Shown here in pieces: positions 15,027 through 15,689 of a DNA stretch of 15,689 nt; positions within the stretch are counted from its first letter, which is position 1; each line of letters opens with the position of its first letter. The DNA comes from Pseudomonadota bacterium (GTDB lineage: Bacteria; Bdellovibrionota; Bdellovibrionia; Bdellovibrionales; SG-bin7), in contig JAWXAY010000042.1 of assembly GCA_034439715.1 (NCBI GenBank), positions 1 to 15,689 of the forward strand. The letters run 5' to 3'. The notes beneath the pieces were generated by a model. It had not been told where the DNA came from and ran no database searches. It was given only the letters and a program-made list of their open reading frames with translations. The translations under genes were made by a program, and so were the position numbers.

Positions 15027-15689
15027 ATGGACTCCCCAATTTTCTTAAATCTCTTTAGAATTAATTGCATGACCCCTAGGGCATTTCTTGTTCCGTTCAT
15101 GCTCATTATTTCCAAAATCTGTGGAGCGGCTTCACTCACTGTTCCGCTGAATTCAATTTCAACGGTAGATCTCACCCAGACCACAGGTGTCTGGAACACC
15201 GAGCTCCAAGAACTTCATCCCACCCTTCAGGTAGAAAACTGGGATGTCGGCGGAGGACCGGGCGCCCCCATAAACATCAATGTCGGTGACGGCTCTGATG
15301 GTCCTTTTATTATTTCTACCTATGCCAATTTTGGAACTGTGAGTGGTAATACCGTTACTCTTAATACAGATATAAAATCCACATTTAACTTTACGAATTT
15401 TGACTTACTAAATAACTATGCCATCGTGCCCACAGGTAGCCAGCCCCTGATCATTCGCAGCCTTTCTGACGTACGCCTGCGAGATTTTGCTGGAATTAAG
15501 TGTAGCGGCGGGGATGGCGAGAGCACTAAACAAAACGATAGCGGGGGAACGAGTCCCGCGCTGGGAGGCAGTGGCCGCTGCGGCGGCGGCAACGGCGGAA
15601 ACGGAAACCAAGCAATTAGCGGCTCTGGCGCGAGCGGTGGTGCGGGTGTTACTGGAGGCACAGGAGCGCCATCTTCAGTCATAGTTAAC
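15027..15689 (+). CDS. Glycine-rich secreted protein, partial (runs off the window, not in the ORF track)
   Basis: Manual translation gives 221 codons with no stop: MDSPIFLNLFRINCMTPRAFLVPFMLIISKICGAASLTVPLNS...NVGDGSDGPF...FNFTNFDL...PTGSQPLIIRSLSDV...KCSGGDG...GGSGRCGGGNGGNG...GASGGAGVTGGTG. Alternative start ATG 15069. Confidence 0.85.
   Translation, partial: MDSPIFLNLFRINCMTPRAFLVPFMLIISKICGAASLTVPLNSISTVDLTQTTGVWNTELQELHPTLQVENWDVGGGPGAPININVGDGSDGPFIISTYANFGTVSGNTVTLNTDIKSTFNFTNFDLLNNYAIVPTGSQPLIIRSLSDVRLRDFAGIKCSGGDGESTKQNDSGGTSPALGGSGRCGGGNGGNGNQAISGSGASGGAGVTGGTGAPSSVIVN

Noticed and set aside
814..15684. Short alternative-frame ORFs (e.g. 814..1011, 2045..2383, 6758..6994, 12588..12845, 14981..15199, 15408..15611, 15416..15682, 15487..15684)
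   Set aside because: They lie within or antisense to better-supported genes and have no motifs. Those at the right end are shadows of the glycine-rich CDS.
1..15689. CRISPR array, IS/prophage, tRNA/rRNA or anti-phage defence system
   Set aside because: No spaced DNA repeats, transposase, integrase or structural-RNA signature seen. The nuclease is a signal-peptide-bearing S1/P1 enzyme and the ATPase is an ABC-F, so they are not a defence pair.

Overview
A gene-dense bacterial window with no rRNA, tRNA, CRISPR array or mobile element that I can recognise. It holds 13 complete CDSs and one CDS truncated by the right edge (15027 to end, missing from the ORF track). Recognisable genes are an S9 peptidase, an aldo/keto reductase, SelO/YdiU (Cys form), an ABC-F ATPase, an S1/P1 nuclease and GreB. 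These sit among three probable outer-membrane beta-barrels, two Cys-rich lipoproteins, a small secreted protein, a 977-aa surface protein with 8 Ig-like repeats, and a glycine-rich secreted protein. The many secreted hydrolases, orphan barrels and Cys-rich lipoproteins suggest a Bdellovibrionota-like predator (inference only). Best leads: (1) a sigma-54 promoter with a palindrome cluster heading lipoprotein-selO-AKR; (2) an ABC-F that seems to lack the Arm subdomain; (3) a 12-codon uORF whose perfect SD is masked by a hairpin and whose stop overlaps the next start; (4) a divergent OMP/adhesin locus with TGAGAC operator-like sites. I cannot show that any of these is a new system without database searches.
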